Source: Yuukianura sp. NJ FZ-2021 (taxonomy: Eukaryota). From it: a stretch of DNA of 64,000 nucleotides. The first letter of the stretch is position 1. Each line of letters begins with the position of its first letter. The stretch spans positions 11,718,001 to 11,782,000 of the forward strand of contig CM102290.1 of assembly GCA_046563655.1 (NCBI GenBank), given 5' to 3'. Positions 13,445 through 27,959 of the stretch are shown here, in pieces. The notes below the pieces were generated by a model, which saw only the letters and a list, made by a program, of their open reading frames with translations, ran no database searches and was not told where the DNA came from. Both the position numbers and the translations under genes were made by a program.

Positions 13445-14029
13445 TTAGCTACCGATACGGATTCTACCGATGAAAAGTGTATCCAATGATGTCAATGCTT
13501 TGCTGTACTGGTTTCCTGTCCAGCATGATACTCATGTCGTTATCGTCATCATTTTAGTGTACTTTCTGTCAATCTGGAATTAACAAGATTCAACTTCAGT
13601 AACTTCTATTAACAAGTTAGTTTGTGCTCGAAAAAGGCAAGTCGTAATAATAATGACCATACGATTTTACCTGTCTAGTCGCCTAACCAAGTTGTCCGTT
13701 TAATAATCGTTGTCCGTCGCTTTGATAACCTTGTCCAAGATTCCTTCACGTCAATCTAAGCCTTCCGACAAAACAACACGAGCAAACAGCGATTACTTGA
13801 TTTCATTCTTAAGATTGAAATCTGTGTGTAAACAACAAGAAATTTAAGCCCCAGAGGTGCAACTAATCCTGAGAATCCGCAGAAACATATGCAACATCCA
13901 AATGACAATTGCGATGCATTACGAAAGCCAAAAAAATTGGAAGATGCAGAGGCCCCAGCGATGCTGAAATTGCAGGGAATACTGGCAGTATGGTTGGAAA
14001 GCCGATGCAGTAAGGAAGTAACCCGAAGA

Positions 14030-14197
14030 ACGCTTCGATACCAAATGACGAAACGAAATGGAGCCCCAATAGACGCTGCAAAGGAATCGCTGACAATCTG
14101 GGAGGAAAACCCAATGGTTTGTCCCACGAACAAGTAGAGCCAAAGAGCCTTAGATACCAAAAGCTGAAGCCAAGGAAGAAAGATGGAGGACCAAAGA
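14030..14197 (+). repeat. ~125-bp dispersed/tandem repeat unit running into the assembly gap
   Basis: Clear similarity to 32400-32590 (ggaatcgctgaca..tgggaggaaaacccaatgg.ttgtcccacgaacaag...gataccaaa.gctgaagc). Confidence 0.8.
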
Positions 14198-14297
14198 NNN
14201 NNNNNNNNNNNNNNNNNNNNNNNNNNNNNNNNNNNNNNNNNNNNNNNNNNNNNNNNNNNNNNNNNNNNNNNNNNNNNNNNNNNNNNNNNNNNNNNNN
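14198..14297. other. Assembly gap (100 N)
   Basis: Run of n in the sequence. Confidence 1.
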
Positions 14298-17158
14298 GTT
14301 CCGGTATATCATGGGATAACCTTTTTAACGGAATTTTACTTTTGGTTGGGGCCTTTCCAGTCTAACTTTAGGATAGGAAAACCAGTTAACTGTGTATTAT
14401 CGTGAGTGCCGGTAGACTGTGGCTTATGCCAGACTAATTAGACAAAAAAGAGCACTGGGCACACTATCAATGTTATACTGGTTTACCCATCAACCACATT
14501 CAATTAATTGTGGATTTATTGTAATTAGTACAGGTCCGTAAAAACTTTTACTTCGGGAGTCGAGCAAACCAATATGAAACCTCATGCAATTCAACAAAAA
14601 AAATATAAGCAAGACTTTCATTCATTACAATTTGAATTTCCGATATTAGTTAAATTAAATCCGAATCTAAAAAATTATTAACCCAAGCTGCAAAAAAATA
14701 AATAAAAAATGTGTTTTTTTAACAAAGGAAACGATGACCTTGTCCAAATTAACGTCGCAACTTGCGACTCGCAAGCAGCTAAATTTTTGAGGACGACACA
14801 CACACGCCTTTCATTGTTTTAGCTTTTTACTCCTCAATTTGACATTTTAACATTTTGCTTAATTGTAAGTTACTAAAATATGAAGGGTGAAGGCAAAAGG
14901 TTAAAATGTCAAAGGTCAATCCACCCTACAGGAACGTCATATCTAAAAATTATTTGGACTTTACAGGATTTGAGTTGATGTCAAAGGTTAAAACAGTCTT
15001 AGGATGTTTATACACATAAATTAAGTTAGAATAGTCAATATTTGAACCTGTGACATCTTCACACTTTTAATCCATTCTAACAGTAACAAAAGGGCGGAGA
15101 CCAGGGATCGATTTTACGATAGAATCCCTCGAGTGCATTGCTCTTATACATTGTAGAATAGCTGTTCGTATACGGTAACTTATATAACACTGCTTTTCGG
15201 GGTTTCCCAAGTACTTTTTCTAAACAGAAATGCTAGAAATAGAACAGGACCACACCCCCAGAAGCCTTTAAGACGATTGGTCCTATGACGTACCATCCAT
15301 AAAAACGAATGCTAAAACAGCCTTTTTTCTTCGCCATAACAATAACAATTACCATCTAACTCTAACCATAGTTAAAACACAATTAGACAATAAGAGGCGT
15401 GACTGCCTTTGGTTGTCTGGGTTAACTTACGTATCTCTTCCCTGGTTTTTCTGTAGAAACTGGCCATTAACTGTTTTAACTTGATTTCTTGAGTTGAACA
15501 GTATGCGTGGTACGATTAACAACGTTTCTTCAATTGATGATGATAAAGATTCTGGAAACGGCGTTTCTGGAGTAGTGTCCACTTTCAATTGATATCTTTT
15601 GTGGAAGTGTGAACTTTGTTTACAAAACAAGTGTGGTTTGGTGGGGTAACAACAATAGGTGCAGTACTTTTCCACTTAGTGGGTGTTTGGGCGTTCAGCG
15701 TCTGAATTTACATACAATAGCACTGTTCTGTACAGAAAGTGTCCAGAAGACGACGCAAATTGTAGATTCAATTACAAATTGAATTGGATTAATTAAGAGT
15801 GTGGGGATTAGCACTCCCTAGGATGACTTCCAGACAGAGACTGAGCTGGTAGGAGTCGCAGTGTCGTGTCTTATATGTGGGAATACCGCTATACACTGCC
15901 TCTCATACAGCGCTGCTTCTCGGGCTGGCTTCGTCTTCCAGAAAACTTTAGTAGCGCTAATGTACTAAAAAGTAAAATTAAAGATTTAATAAGTAAATGT
16001 AAATTTAAAAGTGTAAATTTGACGCGTTAATGGCACAATTAAAGTTATTTCAGATAATTTAACTCTACATGACTAATTTCGTGATGGAATAACTACTACA
16101 GTGCGTGACCTGAAATGTCATTGCCTTGGAATAACCATAACCTAAAGTTAACTTAAAGATCTTTAGCCTATGTTAAACAAATTGAGATGACGTCCAGAAC
16201 TTGGCAATTTCCAAATAGCCTATTGTTTCAGCATTGCTAAACCTTTGGTACATATAAGATGAATCCAGTATTTTCTTAATTTGAGCATAATTTTCATACA
16301 TGTGCTATTTGCTCAAGGTCATCAATAGAAAGGATGGGCTACTACTAGGTTGAATTATGAATTACATTAGGTTAGGCTAAAATTGGTTAAGGTTAGTATG
16401 GACGTAGGAAAGAAGATGCAATTGCATTGCATCAGAAATTTAGTAATGAGCGAACGTTTTCTGACGCCAAAGAGTCACGGGACGCTACGGACTTTTATGT
16501 TCATAAAATTAATTCACGTGAGTCCGGAACTTAGATACTGCATGTTACGTGTGAAATTCATGCATTTTGTACAAATAAGAAGACAATTAAGTGTTAAGGA
16601 CATAACGTGTAGTGCATGTATGCACCAAATGCAAGGTCATGTTAGGTTAAGTGCAGAAACGTCAAACTGGGTGGAGTACGTGAAATTATGCACGCTGAAC
16701 ATTACGGCTTTAGCCAAAGGTTAAGTACGTTATAAAAGTGCAACTTTTGAACTAATTACAGTTAATCAAGTGGTTTATTAAAGTTAACTTTGATTGACAT
16801 TTATTTGCGGAACGATTTGCAGAGCTTCTCACTTTTTGTACAAAATGTTTTGTACTAGTAGGGTCACTTTGCAATTTTCTTTGACAAATCTTGTGTGTAT
16901 GCAGAAACTGGTTTTTAGATTTCGCATGTTTTTCGCACAACAACAAAGCCATTTGAGTGTAATGTTTATGGTTATGGCTTTGGCGTTAATCAAGTAATGC
17001 TAACAATGTATACACATTGACATAAAAGTCAAACAGGACATATAAAAATACATGTATAAAAAAACTTTAATGTGTACAATTTCCCAAATTGCTAGTTTTA
17101 AGCATTGAATTTTTCAACAAAATCACCCATTACGCCCAAAGACAAATTTTGGTGGAAA

Positions 17159-17201
17159 ATTTTTAATTGTTATTACAATAATTGTAATAACAATTAAAAA
17201 T
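17159..17201. repeat. Perfect AT-rich palindrome (21-bp arms, 1-nt spacer)
   Basis: ATTTTTAATTGTTATTACAAT-A-ATTGTAATAACAATTAAAAAT. Confidence 0.9.
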
Positions 17202-19279
17202 CACTGTGATCTTGCGGATATTAGAACAGGAATTTAATGTTAAAGTTGAAAGTGAAGTAATGACCTATGCACTGATTCCCTTTGAATGAAGCACATTTTG
17301 TGATGAATGTCATTTTAGTTCCTTGGTGACCAACCTTTGTCCTTGTTTTGATCGACTCGTTGTCTGTCTCCCGGTGGCATGTCAAAGGTCAAGAATCCTC
17401 ATAACTCAAACTGAACTCCAGTTACTGGAGACATTGACACTAAACTAAACCTCGTGCATTAAGTTTTTGGGAATAATGCTGAACTTCATTAGTAATTTTC
17501 TTTTAAAGTTGTTAATCCACCCAGCACGCCTTAATTTTAAAACCGTTCATAAATCACAAGTTGTTTGTGTGAATTATTTGCAAAAACAACTTTATCTCAG
17601 GAAATATCCAGAAGTCATTCAACGCTGGGAAACTGAGAAGTGACAGTGACACTTTGAGATTCCAAGAGTCCAAAGGTCATCGTGTCTTGAACTTTTCCGT
17701 GAATAAGAAAAATGCGTTGGTTGCAATCAGAGATCCAGTGATCGATAAGTACCACGCAAGGAGGTGCTGATGAGTGATGACAGACACCCACCCCCTTGAC
17801 CTATTCAAGGACATCCACCAACAAAATACAATGTTTCTGGAAGCTCTTTTAGAACAAATTACGAATGACTAATTAAGGTGCAAAAGTAACATTCAAGTTG
17901 CGGTTAAAAATACTTTGCAAAGTTGGTTAACGACGCTAGCGCCGCGAATCAGTTTGATTAGAGTAATTTTTACGGCGTTTTACGCTTTTTATTAGGGAAA
18001 AAACTACTTTTTAGACGTTTTGGAAGTTAATGTCAACTGCGGCAGCCGTTCAGGTATTGAACATAGCTAATCAATTAGTCGACGTAGTCATTACGTAAAA
18101 TTCGGGTATCGTAAATTCGGGTATCAGAGTCTAACAAAACCGCGTGCTTTGAGGCGAAATAGTCGTAACGCGGTAAAACGCCCCGCGCATTCTTTTGCAG
18201 CATTTCTTTCTAAATTGGATTTCGAGAAAGCACGTGGCGAGACAAGGACAAGAGTGAGAAGAGAGAGGAGAAGTGTTCCTGCTTATTCATGTATCGTGAT
18301 TCGTGATCTTCCATTAATCGTTCAACTACTAATTGAAGACTGATTCAATTAATTCATCAACCGGTACTACTATCTATACATTCATTGGCCTTCCCTCTGC
18401 ATTCAACACATCGGTAACGAAGGGACATCCGATTTGGTTCCGGAACCAGATGTAATGGCGGTAAAAATTTGATAACAAGAGGCTCTTGTTAAGAGCGTTT
18501 ACGTTATTGTAGTGACGGACAACGTGGGAATGTGACATCTTCTTGCGACATGACATGACATTCTTATAACATATCGTAGCTCATTGATTACTTCTACATT
18601 GTTGTTTTTGTTTTGTTTGAATTAGATAATTCACAACTGCGATTAACACATCAAAGAGGACGACGACACGACAAGCCTAAATTTTTTACCGCCGTCTATG
18701 CTGATCCACGTCTTTCGTCCTTGTGTCACAAAAACAATTTCTTCAGTAATTTGTGGTCAGACGACTGTTTGCTTCTTCCAGAAAACTCTAAAAGGAAAAG
18801 GACAACGACAAGTCATATGATCCGCACGATTAATTCATCCATCAAACCCACAGTCTCTCCTCGAATGTTTGTTCATCACACGGGAGACTGGAAGTTGATG
18901 ACTCACTCGGTTCAATTGTGTTAAAATAATACAAACGACAGGATAACATTTCACCCTCCACTCCTAAATTTTTTGTTAAGACAAGTCCACTTCAGATGCA
19001 ATTAGTCATCAACTAGCCGTTGTAAACTGTAAGTTGCATTTAATAACTTAATATACTCTTGGACGGCTCGTCGGTCACTATATATAAACTTTACTTTTTA
19101 GGATTCGGCATTTCAGGTTTCCCGTAGCTGTTCTCATTCTTGGACTTGTTCTTGGAAGTACGTTCCTCATACATCATGATGATTAATTTAAAATTTTCTT
19201 AAATAAGTGGCATCATGATATTTATAACGTTAATTTTGTGAATTTTGATTTAGGCATTTTGGTTGAATCGAAGACAGTA

Positions 19280-20360
19280 ATGGATCCTACTGCCGAGGAC
19301 AGTTTCGCGCCTGACACGCTGTTGATCGAAGGTAGAACTCCATATGCCCTTCTGACAGAGGTTGTAAGCCATAATAAAATACTGCCGAGACCAGTGTTTA
19401 CTGTTTCTGGGCCTAACAACAGCCAGTTGTTTACGTGCACCATTACGTTCTTGTTTTTGGAAAACGGGCACCAGTTTTCAGGTACCAATAACACCGATTA
19501 AGAAGTTAATCAAGTAGTTAATTAAGCTAATCAGCAAGAATTAATGGGTGATGAACTACTCAGGATTTTTGTTTTGTAGTCACTGGACCTCCCGGTTCGG
19601 GAAAGAAGGCTGCGCAGCACTCAGCCGCTGTAAGGAAAGTTTATTGTTTTGGCTATCAGTAGTATAAATCAACTCCTATAAATATTTGTAGATCACTGCG
19701 TTCAATTATATCGGGATTGGACCTGCTTGGATTGAAACGCGTAATACTTCCGGAAGCCATATGAAATGGCTCCTTGAAGGTGACAAGTTTAGTCGCCTGG
19801 TGGGATCCACTTTTGTTGCTCCGGATGCTGGCCTACGAACTCAATGTTCGACGGATTCGACTGGAAACGAGACGGAAGCAGCGGAGAAATGGATCTTGAA
19901 GTTGAAGATGTTCGCTGATGAAAAGAATTTTGAGCAGCCGGAGTTTGTGGTAAACTTTATTTTAATTTCAGTCGTTCTACTCGCAAACATAAGTGAAAAC
20001 TACATAACTTACATTTCTCTGAGCAGCTTTTGCATACCAAACCGCCATCACATCAACCGACGTTCACGATGGCATGTAGTGTCAAGGACGAAAACGACGG
20101 CAACATAATTCAAGTTGAAATGAAAGCTATGACGAACAAGAAGCAGCTCAAGAGAATGATTTCTCAGAAACTGTTGATGCAACTGTATCCACTCAGAGGA
20201 TTAGATTGGGTAAACATTGCAGAAAATTACAATTTAAATTTCTTTTTCGCTAACAATAATTATGAAAAATTGATCTTAGGATGGACCTCCAATGCCACCA
20301 GGAGAAATTTTCGAGTCAGAAGACTCGGGACGGGATGACGTAACGCCTACATGTCAATAA
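19280..20360 (+). CDS. Small protein (~257 aa) with two divergent double-stranded RNA-binding motifs (R2D2/Loqs/TRBP-like architecture)
   Basis: Exons 19280-19481, 19580-19629, 19692-19949, 20027-20209, 20280-20360 splice in frame (774 nt). dsRBD1: TPYALLTE..LPRPVFTVSGP..LFTCTITF..GSGKKAAQHSAA. dsRBD2: WILKLKMFA..FEQPEF..PPSHQPTFTMACSV..TNKKQLKRMISQKLL. Confidence 0.75.
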
Positions 20361-21289
20361 CTTTGAGGTCACCAGAAGCTTCCGGTTTGATCCGTTTTAC
20401 AAGAAAACATTGGAACTACTAATTACTATTCAAAATGATCAATCTTAATTTCTGTTGACACATGATTAGTAGTAATACTTGCGGAGCTGATTATCACAAC
20501 GAATTAGCGGGGAAGAACGTCTGATAATTGTGATATTAACTTCTAATTAATAATTTAAGTGTTGATGAATTAAAAAGTTTATTTGAATTTTGTAATTCCT
20601 TTAGTTGTAATTATCATTTAAACACGAAAGAAATCAATGAACAACTGGAGTTTGCAATGCTTTGGATTGCGTTTTCTGTTTTAATTTACCTTAATTTATA
20701 CTGATGATAATGATTAATTTAGTGTAATTTATTAATAATTTGCCGTTTTGATTCTCATGTACTTCTTCAACGGAGTCAGCCGCGAACTGTTTAAAATTCT
20801 CCACTTACAAACCGCATGAATCGAAGGGCTCCACTTTCTTCTTTGAACTTCACGAAGTAAATACACAGGTCAGGTCAAAAGGTCGCTTGAAAATTCGGAA
20901 TTCAGAAGTTGTTGATTATCAGCTACACACACTACTGGCCGCGTTTGGTGTCGAATACTGGTAATTTTTACAATTTTTACATACCTGTTTCTCCATATGC
21001 ATCATTTGCATGGACCAAGTGCATGATGTAAAAGTAAATGTCAAGTTAACATTGTTAACTGAATTGGATGCTGTAAAAGTTACGGGCTGTCGAAAGTTAT
21101 TGCTAGTGACAAGTTGACATTTTTGTACGACGCAATTAATAATTTCATGTATTTTCTGGATTTTAGTGCCGACGTGGGCTAACCGAGAAGTTGCATTGGA
21201 GATTGGAAAAGGTCCGTCTGGGTCTGACGCCAGTAAATAGTACTGCAAACGAGTAGCCACTGAAACAAACCCCCCACTAACGGAGCATC

Positions 21290-23162
21290 ATGAGTACGAT
21301 ACTGGAAAAGATTGCTCAAATCGAGGCAGAGGTAATTGGTTGAACGAAGATTAGTTTAACCAAAATAAACTTTCCAGAGAATTTTTTCTTATAACAATTT
21401 TAATAATGCTTCTAGATGGCCCGGACGCAGAAGAACAAAGCGACAGCGGGTCACTTGGGGTTACTGAAGGCCAGACTTGCCAAACTCCGGCGAGAACTGA
21501 TTACTCCGAAAGGAGGTGGCGCCGTAGCAGGAGATGGTTTTGACGTTGCTAAGACTGGAGATGCTCGTATTGGTTTTGTTGGTAAGTTTTGACCTAATAC
21601 GCAATTGAAATCTCGTGTGGTGTCAAGCCTTAAACTAACGAATATTTTTTATTATGCCTAGGGTTTCCTTCTGTTGGGAAATCTACGCTGCTGAGTAACT
21701 TAGCCGGCGTCTATTCCGAAGTTGCAGCCTATGAATTCACGTAAATCCTTCATCATTCAGTATCATCTGAACCTTTTTTAGCCTAATCAACGAGAAACGA
21801 AGGTTTAAAAGTTCTGTTGTATTTTTATATCTGAAGCTCGGATATTTTATTACAGAACATTGACAACTGTTCCAGGATGTATCAAGTACAAGGGAGCTAA
21901 AATCCAGGTATGGCAGGAAAGAAAGTAATCGTAACAGTTAACCAATCAATTGCCCTAAGTTTAGCAACAATTTTTGATCTAACTTGTGCATTGTGTTTTT
22001 GGCAGTTACTGGATCTTCCTGGAATTATTGAGGGTGCCAAGGACGGAAAAGGTCGAGGAAGACAAGTTATTGCTGTGGCACGAACTTGCAGCTTAATTTT
22101 TATCGTGTTGGATGTACTCAAGCCGCTTGTCCATAAGAGACTCATTGAGAAAGAACTGGAAGGATTCGGGTAACTTATCCAAAATTTTATCCAATTGTTA
22201 TCGAATATCTTACAATTCTATAAACAATTAGTGTTAACCAATTTCCCTGTACTAATTACAGCCTGCGTCTAAACAAGCAGCCACCAAACATCGTATTCCG
22301 GAAAAAAGAGAAAGGTGGAATCAATCTCCAAACAATGGTAAGTCCAAAGTAATTAAGTCGGTATGAATGTTTCCGGTTTAATAAGTTCTTCGTATCGTAC
22401 AATCGTAATTCAAACGCCATAACTGCCACATGCTACGATAAACTTAATTTAAGTTATTCAGTTATTTTGTACATCAAGCATTCGAAAGATTCAAACCTTC
22501 CAAGTCAAATTACTTTCTGTCTTAATTTACTTCTTAATTAATAACATTATATTATACTTTATCTGATTTGTACTTGTTTTAAAATTACATTTTTGTTTTA
22601 AAGGTTACATTTTTTTAAAATCATGAACTGTTTACAGGTGACTCAATCAGAACTGGATTTAGACACAGTACGGACAATTTTAGGCGAGTACAAGATACAC
22701 AATGCGGACATCACTCTTCGCTACGACGCAAACGCCGATGACTTGATTGACGTCGTCGAGGGCAACCGTGTCTACGTCCCCTGCATCTACCTTCTGAACA
22801 AGATTGATCAAATCAGCATTGAAGAACTGGACGTAATTTACAAGATTCCCCATTGTGTTCCCATATCCGCTCATCATAAATGGAACTTTGACGATTTACT
22901 GGAGAAGATGTGGGAGTATTTGAAACTGGTCCGAGTGTACACGAAACCCAAAGGTCAACTTCCAGACTACAACTCTCCCGTTGTCCTGTCATCTGATCAC
23001 TGCTCCATGGAAGACTTTTGTAATAAACTCCATCGCTCCATCATCAAGGAGTTCAAGTACGCTTTGGTATGGGGGTCTTCTGTGAAGCATCAACCACAAA
23101 AAGTTGGTAAGGAACATGTAGTTGCCGATGAAGACGTCGTTCAAATCGTTAAGAAAATCTAA
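21290..23162 (+). CDS. DRG1: Developmentally regulated GTP-binding protein 1 (128up)
   Basis: [75 protein letters not shown], and a TGS domain ending [11 protein letters not shown]. Confidence 0.97.
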
Positions 23163-23396
23163 ACGGCAATCAGACATGTTCGAAACGACGGAATTTTTAA
23201 ATAACAGCTTAATTCTGCGAGGGAAAACGTTTGACGTGATAATAACAATTATAAAAGCTCAACTGGAATTCAAAATTTCCGACTTTTTAAATTGGAAAAT
23301 TTAATATAACTGGGTTTGGCTGTTTTCTGTTTATTGCGGTTGAGCAAAAACTTTAAAAAGTGAAAATTAAAATCATAAGATCAACTCTTTTCTTTT

Positions 23397-26300
23397 TCAT
23401 CTTACCTCAGCTACTGCTCCAGTAAGGCCTTCTCCGCTGCCTACTAATGCAGTGGCAGTTGCTTTTCTTCCGACATCTTTTAGCTTGAACCCAAGTTTTC
23501 TTGGATTTCCAGTAGCAACTTGTCGTATGCTCATTTCCCAGTTATTTAGTACTTCTGTTACGGTAAACTTTTCGGAAAAGTTGAGCATCCTGCTTTTGAG
23601 TCCTTGCGCAATTGACCTCAAAAGTTTTGTCGAACCTACAGAAAAACAAACGAAATACATTCCACTTTCGTATCAATTTAACTATGAATTCCAAAATTTT
23701 AAGATGTGCTGCCATTTAGTACTTACTGTAATCTTTCACTAATCCGACTATCCTTGGATTTATATCCGGATACTCCGGTGCTACTTGGATTCGAAGTGGA
23801 GGAACCGTTGGCAAATTACGGTCAAGCAAAATACAATGTAGTTTTCCCGTTTCAGACTCGAATTTCACCTAAGACAAAGTTCAAATATAATTACTTTTAC
23901 TAGTATGTTCAATTTTAACAACCTAAAGATTTATTGTTAACATTGAATTTTAGTTGCTCTTACCTTGAACTTGATTGAATTAAGCAGTTGTATTTCTTTG
24001 TGAAGTACCCAGGGAGACGGTCCTTCGTCATCATCTGTATCATCACTCTCGTCTTCTGTTCGAATCTCCTCAAATCTAGCAATTTGAAGTTCATTCCAAA
24101 ACACTACGCTCAGGCTTTGTGGTTAAGTTAAGTTACAAATCAGCTTACAAAAAGGAGTGACCAAAGAAGGCGTCCATGGCTGGCTGAATAGTTCGTTTCC
24201 AGGTATGACCGGCAGACGGTACTTTGTTCATTGTTTGGACCGACTCAAAGAATTGAGTAAACGGAGACGTCTGGTCCTTCCCTGGAGTTTGTTGTGGTAC
24301 GGATCCCGGACCTGCGTCGGTCTAAAATCCACAAAAAAACGAATTAGTAATTGATTTGAAACTGTAACACTATTTTGGAAAAGTTGGTGAAACGGTATTA
24401 CCCTCTCCATCTTCTTCAGTGCAGCTTCACACTTGATAAGCAGGTCCATGGACACGCTGGACCGTGGATTGGTAAGGATGTCCAGCAACTTCTTCATTTT
24501 GCTTGATTTCTCCGAATCTGAAAAAAAAACAGAGATTCAGAACTCGCTTCCGTGTCGGAATGCACTTTTAAATTGTTGAGCTAAATGCTTACCATCGTTT
24601 CCAATTTTGGCGAGCATCTTCTGCAGGAGGTCAGTGTACTTGCGAAGTTCTCGAATCTTCTCCATACATGCAATGTCTTCGGAATTTCTAGGACTGGGAG
24701 TAGGGGCAACCATCATTGGTGTGTTCAGTGAAGATCCAGGCGAAGGCACCATGTCTAACACAGAAAACAAAACGAATCCAGTGACATCTACGCAGTTTTA
24801 AAGAAAGCATATCCTCACGAAAAAAGTTTTCTTACAAGGCCTCAGTCCAGTGGCTGTTGCTGGACTATGAATCATTCCGCCACCAACAGCACTTGCTGGA
24901 GAACTACCGTAAGGAGGCGCCGGACTACAACAAACAAAACGATGGACTTACGTTTTTAAGTAACACAAAATACTACCAGTATTTTCACAAATACTAAAAC
25001 GAGTAATCAAATTCGAAGTAAATGTTACCCAGGGCCCATGGCTTGTGGCGACGGACTTGCGCCCATTCCCATCCCTTGCTGTGAATTGGGAGACATGAAC
25101 TGATTTGGAGTCATTGGTCGCTGGATCGGTCCTCCGCCGGGACTATAATTTGTGTGTAACCCGTCTACCTGGTAAGAGTAATTGCAAAAAGTGAATGTCA
25201 ATCAAAAATTCAAAAATCAAAAATCCATCCATGCCGAGAATCCACAAGAAGTAAAGTTAGGGGAAACATGGATGAACTTTTGATTGAAAATTGATGAACT
25301 TACACTTCGTTGTTGAGCCATTCTTGTTAATTGGTTAGCCATATTTTGTTGTGGCAGCATCATCTGTCGATTCGCCATCATCTGTTGAGGGTTAGCCATG
25401 CCTCCTCTTCCTACCATCACTACAAATCATACCAACCACAATAAGTCAAACTGCGTTCAAAATTCGTAAAATCTTGGGAAGATTTTGGTAAAATCTTGGA
25501 AACGTACTTGGTTGTTGTGGACCTGGGGACGACATCATGCCTTGCATATGATGTGCCTGGAGCTGTGGGTTCTGCTGCATTTGGGCATTCTGGACCCCTT
25601 GCTGCTGTTGCTGATTATGCATTTGTTGAGCATTTTGAATTTGCTGTTGCTGTTGCTGCTGTAAAAACGAATTCTGCTGGTTCATCATTTGAACCTGTTG
25701 GGTATTTGATTGTTGCTGCTGCTGCATTTGATGCTGTTGTTGTTGCTGTAGCTGAAGTTGTTGCTGCAGCTGAGCATTGCCTTGCATCATCTGACCTTGC
25801 CCTCCCTGCATTTGGCCCTGTTGAACTTGGATTCCGTAATTTTGTTGCGGGGTCATCATGGAATTCAATCCTCCCATTCCAACGTTGTTGGACATTGGAT
25901 TAATTTGGTTCATCATCTGCATGTTATTTTGAACTCCCATCATTTGCCCCACAGGAACATGACCTTGCTGACCTGTAAACAAGGAGATCGTTTAAACTTT
26001 TGAATCTGTAGGATGCTAAATCTGAGTCTGTGATACAATCACAGACTTCTTGAATATTCATTACAAACGTGTTACATTTACGAACCTTGCTGTTGTAGTA
26101 CATTTTGTTGCGTTACAACTCCAGCTGCTTTGTTCTTCATGTCCTTAATATGTATTATCAATCGAGCCACAAAGCCAAGATACTCGTCCTAAACAACAAT
26201 AGTAATAATACATATACTCCATTTAAGCAATCACAGGGTAAATTCGTTTTTGCGAAAACTAACCTTGCTTTTAGCTTTGGAAAATACTTGGCCCTCCATT

Positions 26301-26530
26301 TCTACAGCATTTTTGGAAGTGGGAGAACCACATAGCAGAATGGCTTCGTCACTGGAGAAGATAACGAAAACCCGATTAGTATTTAGGTAGTCCGTAAAGT
26401 AAAAAGCGGTATCTCGACATACTTTTGTGAGGTACATGGTGGATAACAAAACTTACATTTTAGTGACCATGTTTTGACGAAAGTTAGGTGTCTTCCATGT
26501 ATCATCAGTGACGGACGCAGATGTCATCAT
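23397..26530 (-). CDS. MED15: Mediator subunit 15 (KIX domain, Q/M-rich region, C-terminal domain)
   Basis: N-terminal DDTWKTPNFRQNMVTKI..EAI..KNAVEMEGQVFSKAKSK. Poly-Q region at 25506-25970. EKIRELRKY..KMKKLLDILTNP..DLLIKCEAALKK. C-terminal FTVTEVLNNWEMSIRQ. Confidence 0.88.
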
Positions 26531-26997
26531 CGTATTTCCCGTTTGAACGTTCATTGCTTCGCTGATTTGTTGATTACGAGTGTCAACCAGTCAATTATTG
26601 TCAGAATACCTGGAAAAAACAAAACTTTAATAACCTAATCTATTTCTCTAAACTATTCAGTAACATAACTTAAGGTCAATGATTGAACTTCGGTCAATAT
26701 TAGTAAGCGTTCGAACCTTAAGGAAGTGCTAATGTGTGTTGTCGACAGTGACAATGTGAATCATTCTGACACCAGTGCACACTTTTACTTAAAAAATAAC
26801 TCAATTGATTAGATTAGAATAAGTACTTATATAAATGCTGCAGAGTTTTACAAATTGACAAGTGGAGTCTGGAGTGGAGGTTGAAATTTCAGATTGACAT
26901 GCCTATGACACAAAGGATTTGAAAAAAAAAAAGTGCTTTGAAACTTTTGAGTTTGTTCGAATTGAAGAAATTCGAAAGAAAAATTTATAACTCAAAG

Positions 26998-27012
26998 TTC
27001 AAATTTTGGCGC
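26998..27012 (-). promoter_or_regulatory. E2F/CDE + CHR (DREAM-type) composite site upstream of MED15
   Basis: Minus strand reads GCGCCAAAATTTGAA. Confidence 0.5.
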
Positions 27013-27015
27013 TGC

Positions 27016-27308
27016 AAAGCTTTTTTTTTACAGCAGTAGCATTTTCGTTTTTGTTTAAGTTAGTTTATTTGTTAACCTAACCTAACATGTAACCTAACCT
27101 AACAATTTTATCAGTCTGACGTATTTCTTTAGTACTAAAACGAACTACCTAAAAGTTTAAAGTCAAAGCAACCAAATTGTATCTTAATATCAGGCCTTTA
27201 AAACGTCAAATTAACGTGAAAACTCTTGCGCCTCATCGTTACCATAATTTTCAGCACGCCGTTCATAAAAAATGCCCATTTTTTTTACTACTGCTTAAAT
27301 AAAACTTT
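27016..27308. mobile_element. Possible degraded MITE with internal (CCTAA)n tracts
   Basis: Imperfect inverted ends aaagctttttttttacagcagtag / ctactgcttaaataaaacttt; aacctaacctaac occurs twice at ~27074-27103. Confidence 0.3.
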
Positions 27309-27959
27309 ACTATGATTTGTTAATGCTAATATAGTTTACAAAGTGTTTTATGAAGCATTTTGAGGTCACAATTTGACAACTAAAAGATGTTAAACGGGAA
27401 ACATAACATAACCTTCTATTGATTACTCAATCTTATGAATTGCATTTAAATTGTAAATTGCAATGTAAGCGGAGAGACATAGAGTCATGGTTATTACGCG
27501 TTAATCCTAATTCACGATTACTCTCGATTTAGTTTTTGTACTTGCTAAACATAAACGAAATTTAGTCTACTTTTGGTACCTAATAGTTAAAAACCACTTA
27601 CCTCCTAACCACCTAAACCTCACTTCATGTAATCTTTAATTAACTAACATTTGATTAATTATCCGGTGCCTCTTCACAATTTACAAAAGCATTTCTGCGT
27701 AACCACATTTCATAAAAGTGCTCATTTTAGCAAAAAGAAAAAAATTTTGACGTCCATTATAGACTTTGCATAACTCTTTAGTCGTAACTCGTGATGTGCC
27801 TAGTGCAAAAAGTAGGAATTTCCGTGACACTGACATTGTCATCAAGTTATTCCTAAATTACGAATTCTGTATCAGTGTGGTTAGTACACTATTAGTATCA
27901 GTGTACTATTCAAGCTGTATTCGTTGGTGAAGCAGAAGTCACTTTGAACTTTGAGGTTG

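Noticed and set aside
14400..18950. Short ORFs in the long intergenic region (15427, 16383, 18374, 18613)
   Set aside because: No recognisable domains and no consistent splice chain.
19080..19145. Partial match (CAGGTTTC..TCATTCTTGG) to the PIWI/NHL promoter block upstream of the dsRBD gene
   Set aside because: The spacing differs and the AACCG and GAAGGAGCTCC parts are absent.
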